A stretch of DNA of 64,000 nucleotides from Amphiscolops sp. MND2022 (Eukaryota): contig OZ076416.1 of NCBI GenBank assembly GCA_964187785.1, positions 40,920,001 to 40,984,000 on the forward strand. The letters run 5' to 3'. The position numbers were made by a program, and so were the translations under genes. Below the pieces are notes generated by a model. It saw only the letters and a list, made by a program, of their open reading frames with translations. It had not been told where the DNA came from and did not search any database. Below, piece by piece: positions 1-12,704 of this stretch; the first letter of the stretch is position 1; the number at the start of each line of letters is the position of its first letter.

Positions 1-886
1 CTGACAACTCTTTTTTTGTTTTTGGGGGCGTATACCCTAGAGCTGTAAAGCTCCTTTCTGCGTCCCGGTCAGATATGTGTTCCTCATATGAATAAATATA
101 AATTGTTTTGTGTTTTTAGTTCATACCATATTTATCTGACCAAATCAATTCAAATATTCAAATATTCTAGAGGTTTCTTTACCATACGGTCAGCTGGTGC
201 CTTTAGAAGTCTGATCTTTAGTGGTGCAAAAACCACAGTTCTATTTAGGGTTACAAAACTCAATATGGCAATGTCATGACCTTTATGTTTTTCCTCTTCC
301 AAATTGTTCTAGTATGACTTTCATGTTCTGCATATATGATCTTTGTATGGCTCAAACACAAAACAACAGAACTTTAGAGCTGATTTACTTCCACTTTATA
401 TGATGTTGCATAACTACAGCTGTGCGGTGCCCGTAGTCCCATGAATGGCAGGCAGTAACAAAAGCATGTTGAAGATGTTAGAAACATTACTTTGAATTAT
501 AACGTGCAAGCTCCTAACACACAATTATTTTTCCCCAAATACATATTAAACAATAGTTGATCTTTTTATGAGAACACAAGCGGTACGTTTATTGCAGTGT
601 GCTTTTACGGTAAACTATGGTGCCGAAAACAAAGAATAATGTATGATGAGTACGTCATGTACTACGGAAATGGGAGTCTGATATAACTACGACATTCACC
701 CATTTATTTTAGTCTAGACATATACACAATTAGTCAATTTGTCTGGCATATTAAAGAAATACAATTCATTTCACTTTGTGTCGTGAGTGTTTTCTAGGTC
801 TTCATTTCTGTTTGGGAACCTAGGAAACTCATCAGTTGCTTCTGAATCTACGATCTAAGGCTTCTTCAGGTCTGCACCCCTGTCCT

Positions 887-1583
887 CTAACCGGAACTTC
901 CCATCTTCTTTCTGATATCCGTCCCTGTCCGCACGCACCTTAATGTAGCTTCGATCTGAGGCAATATTTGATCAGTTATTGCTTTTATTATGGCCCTTTG
1001 GATCTGGGAGCTTACGGAGCTCATAAAATCACCCATCTCTTGAGTAATTCTTTGATTCGATTCTCCTAACCGTCTATTAAATTCACAGTTAGAATCAGTT
1101 TCCCTCAAACTTTGGCCATTTTGGGCATAAGTTCTAATTTCAGCTTCACGCGAGTTAGAGTGAGAGATAGTATTCTGATTCACTGAAGTATCATAACACG
1201 GACTATCAGGCCTTCTGCCAAAGTTACTAGAATCGCTTTCCTCTCTCCAAGTTATTTTCCCCTAACATTACGTCAAGGTTTTCGATATCAGATAACTTAT
1301 CTATTTCTCTAGATTTCCTAGCTTTCTTCTGCTTTCTTGTAGTAGGTATCAAGAAACCCCGATTGTAAAGAGTGAAATATTTTAATCGGAAAACATAACT
1401 TGGAAACGGTTTGAACAGTAGCAAGTTTTGTGATTGTTGAGTCAGCTTCGGGGAGTAGAGAGTATATATACTCCCGTCAGCATGACACACATTTTTTACA
1501 TATTTGAATAGATCAGACTTCATACCAAGCTTTACATTTATGGGAACATCATTGATTTCAATAACAAATTCCTGAATCAGCAC
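887..1583 (-). mobile_element. Decayed transposon-derived ORF1/gag-like N-terminus (PTTRKQKKARKSRE...QRITQEMGDFMSSVSSQIQRAI)
   Basis: Two adjacent minus ORFs read as one broken basic/coiled-coil protein. It resembles a TE ORF I recall from acoel-type genomes; no catalytic motif is visible. Confidence 0.3.
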
Positions 1584-4500
1584 CTGATCGGGTCATAGGA
1601 CCAATGTTAAGGCATCAAAGGGGTGTGGTTGTTTATATCATATGACGTTTCAAATATTTCTTTGGATGAAGTATCAAATCCTAATAGGCGGCGAGACTCA
1701 TCAAATAGCTAATACACTCTAGGAATCGCAAGAATGTAAAAATTTTCTAGCACGTGCCTACACACGTAGGCTGATGAGTATTTCATCTAAACTGCAACAT
1801 TTTTACATGCTAAATCTCTGTAATATCTGGCCAAAACGGACCTTTAGACCAGTCCTGGCTTTACAATTCAACCAGAGTAGGGTTAAAGACCGGTTTGTTA
1901 CATATGTTATAACAACAAACAACAGATCATTACCTACAAATCTTGCATACCAAAATACACAAAAAGGGACAGTTCAAGCTCTTTTTAGTTAAAGGTACAA
2001 TATTATTGACTAGTCAAAGCACTTTACCTAAATAAAAGGTATTGGCCGAAACCGGCCGTTTGACTTGCGACGATTTGATTAGCAGCGTTGCTTTGTCAAA
2101 AGGCCGTAATCGGCACATTAAAATAATACTGCAAAGTAATACCATAAATAAACTACATTCTGATTGGTTGATTGCTTGTATTAAAATACAACGCCGAGAA
2201 AGGGTGTTTGCGCATTCGAACGCGTTCCCTTTACACAACACAGTAGCTTTCTATACTGCTTTCAATTTTGCATTACAAACACATCCAAATCAATCATCAA
2301 ACAATTGTTAACAGACTAATACTTTAAAGTCTAATATTATCAACCTGTAAATATGGCGACTTGTTTGGTATTAAACCAAACATTTTAATACTAAATGGGA
2401 GAAGTTTCAGTTTATTAAATAGGGAGGGTTCCCGGTGCGATTTCCTGATCGTCTGCCGAGGTCGTATACCTGATTCCGTCACAGGCGGCAGCCTGCGACA
2501 CGTTGTCTACCATAAGACCAAGTAAAATTTTAAATCTGTAAAGCACTTTTGCTATAAAGTAAACTACAGTTGTGTTTAAGTATGCTTGTTTTGGTTTGTT
2601 CTATCATTTCAGAAGAAATTGGACGGGACGAAGTTCTTGAATTTTAAAGAGACTTACAGAGCTGCAGTATTAGGTCTAGGGAGAGTAACTAGGCGATGAA
2701 GAATGTATTGACAGTTCAGTTGAGGTATAAATCAGAAATGGATATAGAGCTAAAGTGATTTACAGAATTATAATTTCATTGGTTAATACGGTAGACAAAG
2801 TGAAACGAAAAATGAATCATTAATATGCCAGACTAGTTGCGTATATGTCTAGACTAAAACGAATGGGTTTTTTCAAAGAAAGACTTCAAAATATATCTGA
2901 AAAGAGTTCAGTTTGTTGTAATCTACGAAGATTGGATTTGTTTTATCAGTTGAAGTTGAAAGTGAGGGTTTAGAAGAATTTTTAGTTGTTCTCATCTAAA
3001 GAACCTTTTTAGTTGTTCTCTTAAAAAATGTTATTGTTTCCTTACGTGGAGTTCGAGAAATCAATTTTGGAACCAATTTAATTTTCTTGAGTTTGGGGTT
3101 CCCCTTGTTCAAGTTAGAGTCACTTTAGGGTTTGGTAGAAAATATGACCTAGAGCGACAGAAATTTTTTGTTCAATTTTAGGTAATTTGAATTTGCGTCT
3201 GGCGTGGGTTGATGATTGACACATTTACTGTTTCCAAAATTTCATTTTCATGTTTCTTAACTTTCAGTTGAGCTACGCGTTTGTCTTTTCATGAAATAAA
3301 ATTTTAGTTCAATGGCAAACTTGGCAGCTTAATCCAATAAAAAGTTCAAGACTTCAGAGTTATTGTTGTTTAACATTAGTTCACATAGGCAGGTTTTGAA
3401 AATTTCTTCAAAAGTTCAACCAATGGCGTGGATTTTTAATCATCCAGTTTAGTGAAAAAAGAACCGAAGTCATTGAGGAGTTCGTAATGACTTTTTTCGA
3501 GAATTTTTTCAAAATTCTAGGGATATGTTTTTCAAGAAAAGAGATGTTTTCAATGTTTGGAATTTGGTTTTTTATGGATACATCAGAAGATACAAATTTT
3601 TGACTATAACTAACGTTTCAACGTTTGATACAACTAAATACACTATTATGGAGTATACACAAGATATGATGAGTATTCATGAAAAATGCATAAGTGTGTT
3701 ATTTTTTGGGGAAAATGCGTGAAATGTGTCAATAGTCAACATTCTCCAAGGAAGAGAGAAGGGAGACAGGAAGGAAATGGTCGTTATGAGGATTGGTAGC
3801 GTTCTAACTTTAATTGGATTACGGTAAGAGACAAAGTTTGTGGCGGTGGTTGTAAAAATGACAAGGATAATTTGGAATGAGATAATTACGGGGGGTGAGG
3901 GGTGCTTGGGTTTGTTGGTGTTCTTGGGTTTGTTGGGAGGGTGGTACTTCAATAGATAAGGGCTTTACTACGTGAGTGGGAATGGGTCTAAATTTTCGTA
4001 GCACAGAAACAGGAGGGAGGTTGGAATAATGGTCCGATTAGAGGCAAGTCAATTTAAATCTTTGAGCCGTTTATCAAACAACAATTCGACAAAAAATTCA
4101 AATTGTTTTAGAGCGTTATTATATTTAGAACGAGTTTGTTTGTATACTACAGTGTGGACAATTTTTCGTGTGACTGAACTGGCTTCTCGTGGTGGCAACT
4201 GGTATCGGTGTGGATGACATGGCTTGTACAGATGGAGTTGACGGGTCAATCTTTTAACATCTGAATGTGTCTGCAATTCTTCTATTGTTGCAACGTGAGA
4301 CGTAAGTTTGAAGAAAGATGGGTGTTTGTGCACTGGGTGAGGAGGCTGAACAACATGTGGAAGTGAAAGGTTCAATGGCAGAGTTGATAAAAGGGGTTGT
4401 GGGAAGGTGAGCCAGAAGAAGCAGTTGTAGTCATTTGCAAAGAATTTGCAATTGGATTGGGAGCCGAAGCAGGAGTTGTAGTGGGTTCGAGAAATTGGGT

Positions 4501-5146
4501 AACATGGGGTATGCTGTGAAAATTACTCGAGCAATCATTATCTTGAGTCGACTCTTCCTCATAATCCCCGCCATGCTAGTTCACAACCTCAATCACTTTA
4601 ATTCTTGCCACCACGTTCCGAAATGCTATTATAAAGAAACTCAAACTCTTATTATATTTCCCCCTTCAACACCCTTCAATATCTCACTCTACTAAATTGG
4701 ATTATACCTCGCGACGTGTAACCTATTCATGTCTAGATTAAAATCCTTTTCCAATATGCCTGGACTGGATAAAACTGAATCTTGCTCCCTCAGCCCTTTA
4801 ATGATAGTCTTACCTATCGAATAGTTGGTTCTCTAAGTCGTCCTTAAATCATTAAGAATATAAAACGGTTCAAATTTTTAAACAACAAACTAAATATAAT
4901 CGTATTTCTAAGCAAAAAAAGTTACCCTGTTCAATGTTTCCTTCCTGGATTCTTGTAATAATACGTATCATAATGAAACACCACATCATCTGCTTTTACT
5001 ACTATTTCAACTGAAACTTTGTAATATTATTCTAATTCCGCTCTCATGTAAAACCGCCCTCTTTTAGATCCTACCCCTTCGCAACTTCTTAGACACAACT
5101 CCTACAAACCCTTCAAAAATACTCCTGAACTTCAATAAGAGGATTT

Positions 5147-5600
5147 GAATTAATTCAATTTTATATCAAAGGAAATTGTTTTGATTGACACAAAAAATCC
5201 AAGAAGTACGAATAGAGATACTCGTGACTGGTACCAAAAATGAAGCAAGTCATCAAATAATGGCAGATTGTGATGATCTGGCAGTTTGTTCAAAACTGGT
5301 ACTAAACTCGAAAATACGAATATTTGTGTAATATAATATTCATTTTGCATGATCATTATTAGAAAGGCAGAAGAACTTGAATTAATTCAATTTTATATCA
5401 AAGGAAATTGTTTTGATTGACACAAAAAATCCAAGAAGTACGAATAGAGATACTCGTGACTGGTACCAAAAATGAAGCAAGTCATCAAATAATGGCAGAT
5501 TGTGATGATCTTGCAGTTTTTTCAAAACTGGTAATAAACTGAAAAATACAAAAATTTTGTGTGATATTGGTGTGATTGTCTGAATCATTTTGAATTAATA
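5147..5600. repeat. 232-bp tandem duplication
   Basis: TGAATTAATTCAATTTTATATCAAAGG... occurs at ~5147 and ~5379; the duplicated ORFs 5150-5356 and 5382-5588 are offset by 232. Confidence 0.85.
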
Positions 5601-5659
5601 TACGAAAAGTAGTGCATAATATCATGTTTGTTCAGTCATCCACTTGAATTTAATTCAAA

Positions 5660-5945
5660 CAAGAAATGCCGCGTATCGCGTCCAGCATAAAGTCGTGGAA
5701 TCCAGGAAATTTACGATTTCTGCAATCTGATTGGTTCATTTCGGAAAAATTACGTTTTTGTGGAATCCGGGACACCGCTGCATGCCGACAGTTCGTACAG
5801 CTAAGCATATGTTACTGGAATCCAGGACTAAATCCGTGGAATCCGGGACAAATGACGTAATTTGCCAATTTTGCACGGTTAAAGGTATGGTCTTGGAATC
5901 CACGATATTGAACGCACTATGCTGCGCTTTCAGCAAATAAGGCTT
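5660..5945. repeat. GC-richer interspersed repeat with recurrent GGAATCC motifs (MITE-like)
   Basis: About five GGAATCC(A/G) motifs in ~280 bp, compositionally distinct from the flanks. TIR and TSD not resolved. Confidence 0.3.
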
Positions 5946-8606
5946 GCCTGTGCACTGTAATGAACATACACTAATGACTCACTCTCATTCGGATCTTAAA
6001 CTTATTCCTCTATATGACTCCGAATTTTATCTAACACCTAACATTACCTCCTTCCTCATACGCATCATATCTCTGATCGCAGTGATTTGATCCATCACTT
6101 TTACGTAATATTAACTAACCTTCAAACCCAAAACTATATTGATACCACCTGCTACTAAAACTCGTCGCTATTACTCACAAATTGATGAACAACCTCATCT
6201 TGTAAAACCCATCGAAATCCCTGTTTCAGATTCATTAGAATCTCTTAGTGAAAAAACGTCACCAAGTGATTTAGATTAAACTACATTTTCAGTATAGGAT
6301 CCTCGCCTCCCGATGTCTAACTGTTTGCAAATAAACAACATCCTCTCTTGACAATCTTCTAGAATCTATCTCAGAAGCAACTCTTTTACACGGTTGAAAT
6401 AGATATTGCTTCCGATCCAAGAAAAATTTTCAACTTCTTTCTATTCCCTCTCTAGCAAGCACAAACTGTACTCTTGTCAACAATCTCAATCTATATTGAC
6501 TGACACCCTTTCTTCTCAATTTGATGCTATCACCTCTGGTGTAGAAACTGCTTTTTCTCAACGTTCCTCCCTATCCTCGTATAAAACCACAGGGACTTTA
6601 ACCACTTGGGCAATCTCGAGAAATACTACTTTACTCTCATCTGAGAGTCACCTTCTTCGATTTCTAACGAACGCCGTTGTATAGAATTCCATATACTTGG
6701 CAATCATCACTTGACGATAAAATTGAAATCATAGTAGATTTTAATATTCTCAGCCCTCATCCGATTCCTTCTCACACTGCAGTCTATATCAAATCCTTAC
6801 CTCACCTATTCATAAATACAAACTTGCATCTGTTTGTAAGCAGTTCCTCTCCCTTTATATTGCCCCACGGTTCCTTAACCTTTCTAAACACTATCACCTT
6901 TCTTGAATAAATTGCCCCATTTTAACAAATTTTCCTCCATACAATCAAAAAACTCCTTCAACTTTAGCACCCAACAATCTTCTTGAACCTGTGCCTCAAA
7001 TTTTCTCCATTCTTCTATGTCTACATACACTACCCTTCTACCATAACCGCAAAATACAATAGAAACAAAGATTTTGTTGAACTCAAAGATCCACATATCT
7101 CTTACTTACTCGCATCTCAAATATAATTGTCCAAAGCAGCTAAACCTTCGCCAATTTAGCCTAACTGAATACAACTGTGTGCTCAAGCACTTTATTCTTC
7201 AGAATATACCCGTGTCATTGCTGACTTATTTGTCCCTGCAAAAGCTAAACGGCTCAAATCTTGGACAAGGGAAGCTCATGTAAAAAAGAAAAATTTTTCT
7301 GCTCAATGTAACTTTGAATACCGCCGTCATGAAACAAAGGATAACCACCAAACACAATGGATAGGACTCGTACATTAGACCCTACTGAATGTGAACAAAC
7401 AATCAGACAGCTTAATGGTACAGATAATCCCCAACTCAACTCTTTTGAGTATAGTAGCCCTTTCACCTTCGAAGATAGTCAAAAACAACGACTTCTTGAA
7501 ACAAAACAACCTCCATTCCGAATTTTTAAACCTTTTCAAACCTGACTTTTCTAACGTCGAAGAGACTCCTCATTCCAGAACTTCGAGGCAACATGCTGGC
7601 ACATTCAAAGTCCCGACACGTACCACAAGCACGTAAACCAGTTTTCTAGCCTACCCGAGACTTCCCATATACCTCCAAAGTCTAAAAACGACAATTAGCT
7701 AAAATACATCATACTAGATGATTCGGGTGAAATTACAGAATCGTTTGTTCTGGAACACCTGAAAAACTGCACCAATGCATAAATTTGGCTCTAAAACATG
7801 GAGTCAAAGGCTCATCAACTTTAACTTGAGAGATATTCCATACCGAGTGTTGTACGTGCTGAAGTTTTGAGCAGGCATTTTTGAATCTTTTCGGGTGTTT
7901 TCACTAGTTATTTCGGTGTTGAGGATGTCTCTGTGTGGTCGATGTCACGAACTGGAGTTACACAGGGGTGTTTTGAAACACACACGGGGTGTCCGAGGTA
8001 TTTTGTACAACTTCCAGACTGATTTTGAGTACCTGCCAGGTCAACCATTTGGTGTGCAGTATCACTTCGAATATTTGAAAATTTGGCAGTTATTTGGTCA
8101 CCAAGCTGTTGAACTATGCATCAATCCTCAGGCCGTTGTTTGCGTCCTCGGCAAACGAAAGTTGACATTCACGTCTTGGTTGTCACCATCCAGGATTACT
8201 GTTTCATCATGGTAGCACTTCAGGAATCGCAAAGGAACCCCCGGCCACAGGGAAGACGTTTTTTTTTCCAAACAGCCTAGCAGACTTTCTTACATTACTC
8301 ACTAGCAATGGATTATAGCTTTGAAAAGGCACTAGGAATTTTGATAATTAGCATCATTTTGTTGGGTATTTTCATATTTTCATTACAATACATATGCCGC
8401 AACGAACGAGCAAGATCTTGCTAGTTCGATTAACAGCCAATAAAAACGTGTTCTTAGTTCAGACACGAGTTAGACTTTGCAAACCAAAGTTTTGTAGCAG
8501 TTTTTGTGAACTCTTTGAGACAAGCATTTCCAGTTTTGTTAAAAATTCCTTCGGTCAAGCTTTTGATTTAAAATATGGTTCTTGGAGTTAGATTGAAAAA
8601 CAAGAC

Positions 8607-9086
8607 AAGACGAGAACGTCTAAAGTCGGCGCCAAATCTAAGGCTCAAAAAGCGCAAAACAATTTTTTGGAAAACTTGAAATTTTTGAAATTTTTTTTCT
8701 TTCAAAAAGAGTCGCATAGTGCCGAAAAATGTAAAAGGGGGGACCCTTCTGGATTTATTAACATACATTCCGTTGCAAAATATCAAAAACCTCGAAGGGG
8801 GACATTTAAAAATTTTCGAAAAGTCGCAGTGCCGAAAAAATCCACCGGGGGGACCCTTTAGGCACGTCCGGTTTTGTGGGTTTCCTTGAAAAAGTAAATG
8901 AAAAGTAAAAAACCAAAGTGGGGACCCTTTGGAATAACTTAGAAGCGTTTCCGGGGTACTCGTTTAGTTTCCTTTAGTTGAAGAGTACTGAACGTTAACG
9001 TTCGTCGCTTCGAGTCTGTCTTAAATTAAAAAAACCAGTGACTGTAATAGTCGGGCTCTTTTATTTATAAAAGCGCCGACTAAAAA
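8607..9086 (-). mobile_element. Helentron-type non-autonomous element (HINE/DINE-1-like), family B
   Basis: On the minus strand: T-tract plus subTIR AGTCGGCGC (9073-9081), short IR (9048-9054), internal degenerate repeats, 3' subTIR (8624-8632), then hairpin AGACG-AGAA-CGTCT (8608-8621). Confidence 0.6.
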
Positions 9087-9249
9087 CATATGATCGATAC
9101 TGAACGCTTATAGTACTCAGGTATCACGTTTTAGCACTGTGATTGTGTAAAACGAAAATTGCACTCTATTAGCACCAATTCCTTTTGAGTTTCATGTGAT
9201 GAGGACAAGTTTTAATTATGGCTTAGTTAGCTTGATTTGATAAGGAATA

Positions 9250-10303
9250 TGTTATTGCTCCTGAGGGTTGTCAAATACTATGGTTTGGGATTCGCTATCC
9301 AGGCTTGGCATAAATGTTTCTTCCTGGGTTGAGTTCTGTTGGTCCAAGCTGGAGACTTCATTGAGTTCACAATCAATGGCTTCACCTTCTATTTCAGAAA
9401 TAGCGGCCAGATTTGATTCTGGCTCATCTCTAAGGGTTGTCATGTCAGCAGATGTTTGGGAGATTCGTCTTGTTCGACAGCTTCTGTCATCCCCACATTC
9501 TCAACAACTTGAGACTGAGGAGGACCAGCTGGGTTCAACTCTTGGGCATCTTGTGGAGAACTGCAGTTTTGAGCACTTGAAATAATGCTTCGTTTTCATG
9601 AGGTAAGTTTTCTGGCGCTAGGCTAGGTAGGCACTCCGCAAACTGCGTATAGCCATATCTAGTAAACAGTAAACACATTCTTCATAGTGTTGAGAGCTAC
9701 AGAGTAACTCTTACACTGAGGCTATCTTGCACGTTGAGGTTTGGGAGCATCTGAGTGAATTCTAGCATTGCACCTTTTGGATTGTGTGGCAACTCTTTCG
9801 ACAATGGTAGTTCTTTACGTTGAAGAGGCATAGCTAGCGTTGGACTTGCAGCCTGTGTCTAATACTGCTGAGATCACTTGGTCCAAAATTTCTGCAAGTT
9901 CCACGACGCCATCTTTTAAAGAATGCAAGCAGTAACGTGGTGCTGTTATCTCATTGTACATTCTCGAGTTATCGCTCACGTAGGGGAATTCCAGGATGAG
10001 TGGTGTTACCCCCTTTTAATTCTGCCTCCAATTCTGGCATACATAGAGCACTCCGTGCTCGTGACCTTATCAGAGACGTGAATTTGTATTCCACTTTTTT
10101 TCCGATATCTGATGACGGTGAATGCCAATGGCAGTCCCAAGTTGGTGAAAGATTTCACGCAGCTGGCTAGGGTCGGCATCGGTAGGTTGTTCTGTACATG
10201 ATAAGCAATATGGATAGCGTGGGGACGCTAACGGCGACTCGAAGCGGTTTTGTGGGGACTGCAGTGCCATTGGGCTGGCTGCTAGTCGTTTTTTCTCCGC
10301 CAA
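9250..10303 (-). mobile_element. Decayed BEL/Pao gag fragment
   Basis: Frameshifted minus-strand reading gives degenerate zinc knuckles (ECVYC..., FKCSKLQFSTRC, C.ECG) at ~9500-9690. It lies next to a BEL/Pao element. Confidence 0.4.
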
Positions 10304-10476
10304 ATGCGTTTTGTTTTGACCATATCACTAAGTTATCCAAGTATCCAATTGTTTTGTCGAACTCTGGATGTTCATACCCATAAATTCAGTCAGAAACTAC
10401 AACGAACTAAAAGATGGCAAAAATTGGACATTTTCGGCTATTTTGGGACGTTTCCAGAAACTCAATCATCTCCACG

Positions 10477-10872
10477 TGTAAGAAAACTGTGGGGTTTGCA
10501 TTCAGTTTCTTTTACTCTTTTAGCTCATTCAGAGCGGCCCAGATTGATTGGTGGGTCTGAAGTTTCAATGGAAAAGAAAACCGAAAGAGAGAAAATAGAC
10601 CGTTCCAATCAATCTGGGTCTATTCTTTTCTAATCGAAGAAATCTTGTGTCAACAGTTTCTATTTCAATCCAGTGTATCGAATAAGGTAAATCGTTTTAG
10701 TCAACAGCAATTCAACAGTTAGTTTGAGAAGTTTTCACATTCATTGAATCGAGACAAGTGAAAGTTATCACGTTCGTTTCAGAAATAGTTTAAGAAAGTT
10801 TTCAGGCAGGCGGAAGTTGTCGTGACTTCTGTTTAAAACCAAATTCGTTTGAAATGTTCGAAGTCAGCTACA
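10477..10872 (-). repeat. 3' LTR (396 bp)
   Basis: Direct repeat of 11362-11757 with TG...CA termini, preceded on the minus strand by a short purine-rich GAGGCCGGG. Confidence 0.92.
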
Positions 10873-11042
10873 CCCGGCCTCATTTTGCAATCGCAAAATT
10901 TTTTAATTTTAAAATTGGGGAAATGCTGAAAATTGGAATCATGTAGGAAACAACCTAAATAAACAGAACTGCGTCGAAAAATTTGATATCTAGTATGATC
11001 ATTCTGTCTTTCTTTGAATAGTTGATCTTTGTAATCTGGAAG

Positions 11043-11342
11043 CTATTCGTTTATTTCCAAAGCACACAATCTAATAGCTGGCAAAATAAGTTCTCCCCGT
11101 GGTGTCCGAACTTTGTATTGTCTATACTGACTATCTTTAGAGAACTCGACTTCTTCACCATTAGATACAGGAGCTACGATCCGTCCCAAAGGCCAAAGAC
11201 CTCGTGGTGTGAATTCCTGCAAAATCCATACAATTGAACCTGGTTGAAGAGGTTTGGATAAAGCTGTCCACTTTTGTCGGGGAATTAACGATGGATAAAA
11301 CTCTTTTTGGAGACGATTCCAAAGGTAGTCAGCCAGTTGCAA
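11043..11342 (-). pseudogene. BEL/Pao pol C-terminal fragment (post-integrase, DUF5641-like)
   Basis: LWNRLQKEFYPSLIPRQKW...GSIVWIL...PRGLWPLGRIV...VRTPRGELILPAIRLCAL matches the W.RW..EYL..L..R.KW / R..WPLGRI / R...KL..L pattern of BEL/Pao pol ends. Confidence 0.85.
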
Positions 11343-11361
11343 ACCCCACAGTTGGGCGCCA

Positions 11362-11757
11362 TGTAAGAAAACTGTGGGGTTTGCATTCAGTTTCTTTTAC
11401 TCTTTTAGCTCATTCAGAGCGGCCCAGATTGATTGGTGGGTCTGAAGTTTCAATGGAAAAGAAAACCGAAAGAGAGAAAATAGACCGTTCCAATCAATCT
11501 GGGTCTATTCTTTTCTAATCGAAGAAATCTTGTGTCAACAGTTTCTATTTCAATCCAGTGTATCGAATAAGGTAAATCGTTTTAGTCAACAGCAATTCAA
11601 CAGTTAGTTTGAGAAGTTTTCACATTCATTGAATCGAGACAAGTGAAAGTTATCACGTTCGTTTCAGAAATAGTTTAAGAAAGTTTTCAGGCAGGCGGAA
11701 GTTGTCGTGACTTCTGTTTAAAACCAAATTCGTTTGAAATGTTCGAAGTCAGCTACA
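11362..11757 (-). repeat. 5' LTR (396 bp)
   Basis: Direct repeat of 10477-10872, followed on the minus strand by PBS TGGCGCCCAAC (tRNA-Lys-like). Confidence 0.92.
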
Positions 11758-12608
11758 CCACGAACGATTATACAAAACTACTTTATGATAGCTGAAATAT
11801 GTTGAATAACCTCCATTATTTGGGTGTACAATTGGAAAATAGCAGAAAGAGAGAAACGGGACTGTAATTTTTTTCGCAAATGAAATGAGCGAAAAATTCT
11901 CGCTGAGAAATACTCACACACTTGGTTCATGAGTGAAAAGAAAAACTAATTCATTTGATATTTGATTTACTGAATATTTACAACGATCAACAGCTTGTTC
12001 ATATCTAAGCATCAATTGACATCATTCAAACTAAGGTATCAATGAAAATCAAGATTAACTAATCAGAATTCACATGTAGTTTTGAATCAAAAGTCAGCCC
12101 ATCAAGTAACTTGGTAAGTAGATAAGGCACTATAAGAATGAAATATGGCACTGCAACAATATGAACGAAAAACAATCTAAATCACCTTGCACAAAAACGA
12201 CAACAACTCAAAAACTTTTAGGAAGGAATGTGGCAAGATTGATAATTGGTAGAACATTAGATGTAATTTAGCAGCATAAATAAAAATTGCTTCCTGAAAA
12301 TAGGTAAGCTTAACATAGTTTTGGGGATCTTCAGCTTCCTAGAACAAGTTTTCCAAGTTCCAGAACTCAGGATTCGTAAGCATAACGTCAATGCAAGGAT
12401 TCTTTGGAACCCCAGAGACAAGACCTGATGAATGAATGTCAATCATATTTCTCCTCTAGACAAGATCTTCACGTTTTAAATTCTCAAGGAACTACGGCTG
12501 TGTTTTCATACATTATGTACATACACAGTCAATGTCAATGTGAATGTTCAATGTTCTCGTCGCTTTGTGCGATGTTACAATGAATTTTTCCGGTTGAGCG
12601 TCTTTTCT

Positions 12609-12704
12609 TCACTTCCAAGGTCTACTGCTTCCACTTCCCTTGGAATTTGTTTTCCCGCCACTGCCTTTCTTTTCAGAGGATTGATTAGCCGAACTCGCAC
12701 TTTT
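12609..12704 (-). CDS. CNTROB: Centrobin last coding exon (KSASSANQ...RPWK*)
   Basis: Acceptor ttccag, phase 0, stop TGA at 12609-12611. Confidence 0.65.
   Translation of the reverse strand, partial: KSASSANQSSEKKGSGGKTNSKGSGSSRPWK

Larger units (their letters stand above)
2500..7640. mobile_element. Degenerate LTR-retrotransposon debris (probably Gypsy) with env-like segments, in mixed orientation
   Basis: Intronless, stop- and frameshift-riddled coding-like sequence. Possible PBS TGGCGAC at ~2354. Cys-containing env-like stretch at 7074-7545 (YNCPKQLNLRQFSL...RTLDPTECEQTIRQLNGTD). No intact RT or integrase motif seen. Confidence 0.4.
10477..11757 (-). mobile_element. Miniature internally deleted BEL/Pao LTR retrotransposon (TRIM-like), 1,281 bp
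   Basis: Two 396-bp TG...CA LTRs (10477-10872, 11362-11757) that read as identical. 5-bp TSD CCACG on both sides. PBS TGGCGCCCAAC after the 5' LTR. Internal BEL-type pol C-terminus. Confidence 0.92.

Noticed and set aside
1990-2360. Possible LTR ending before PBS-like TGGCGAC
   Set aside because: There is no second copy or TSD in the window, so boundaries cannot be supported.
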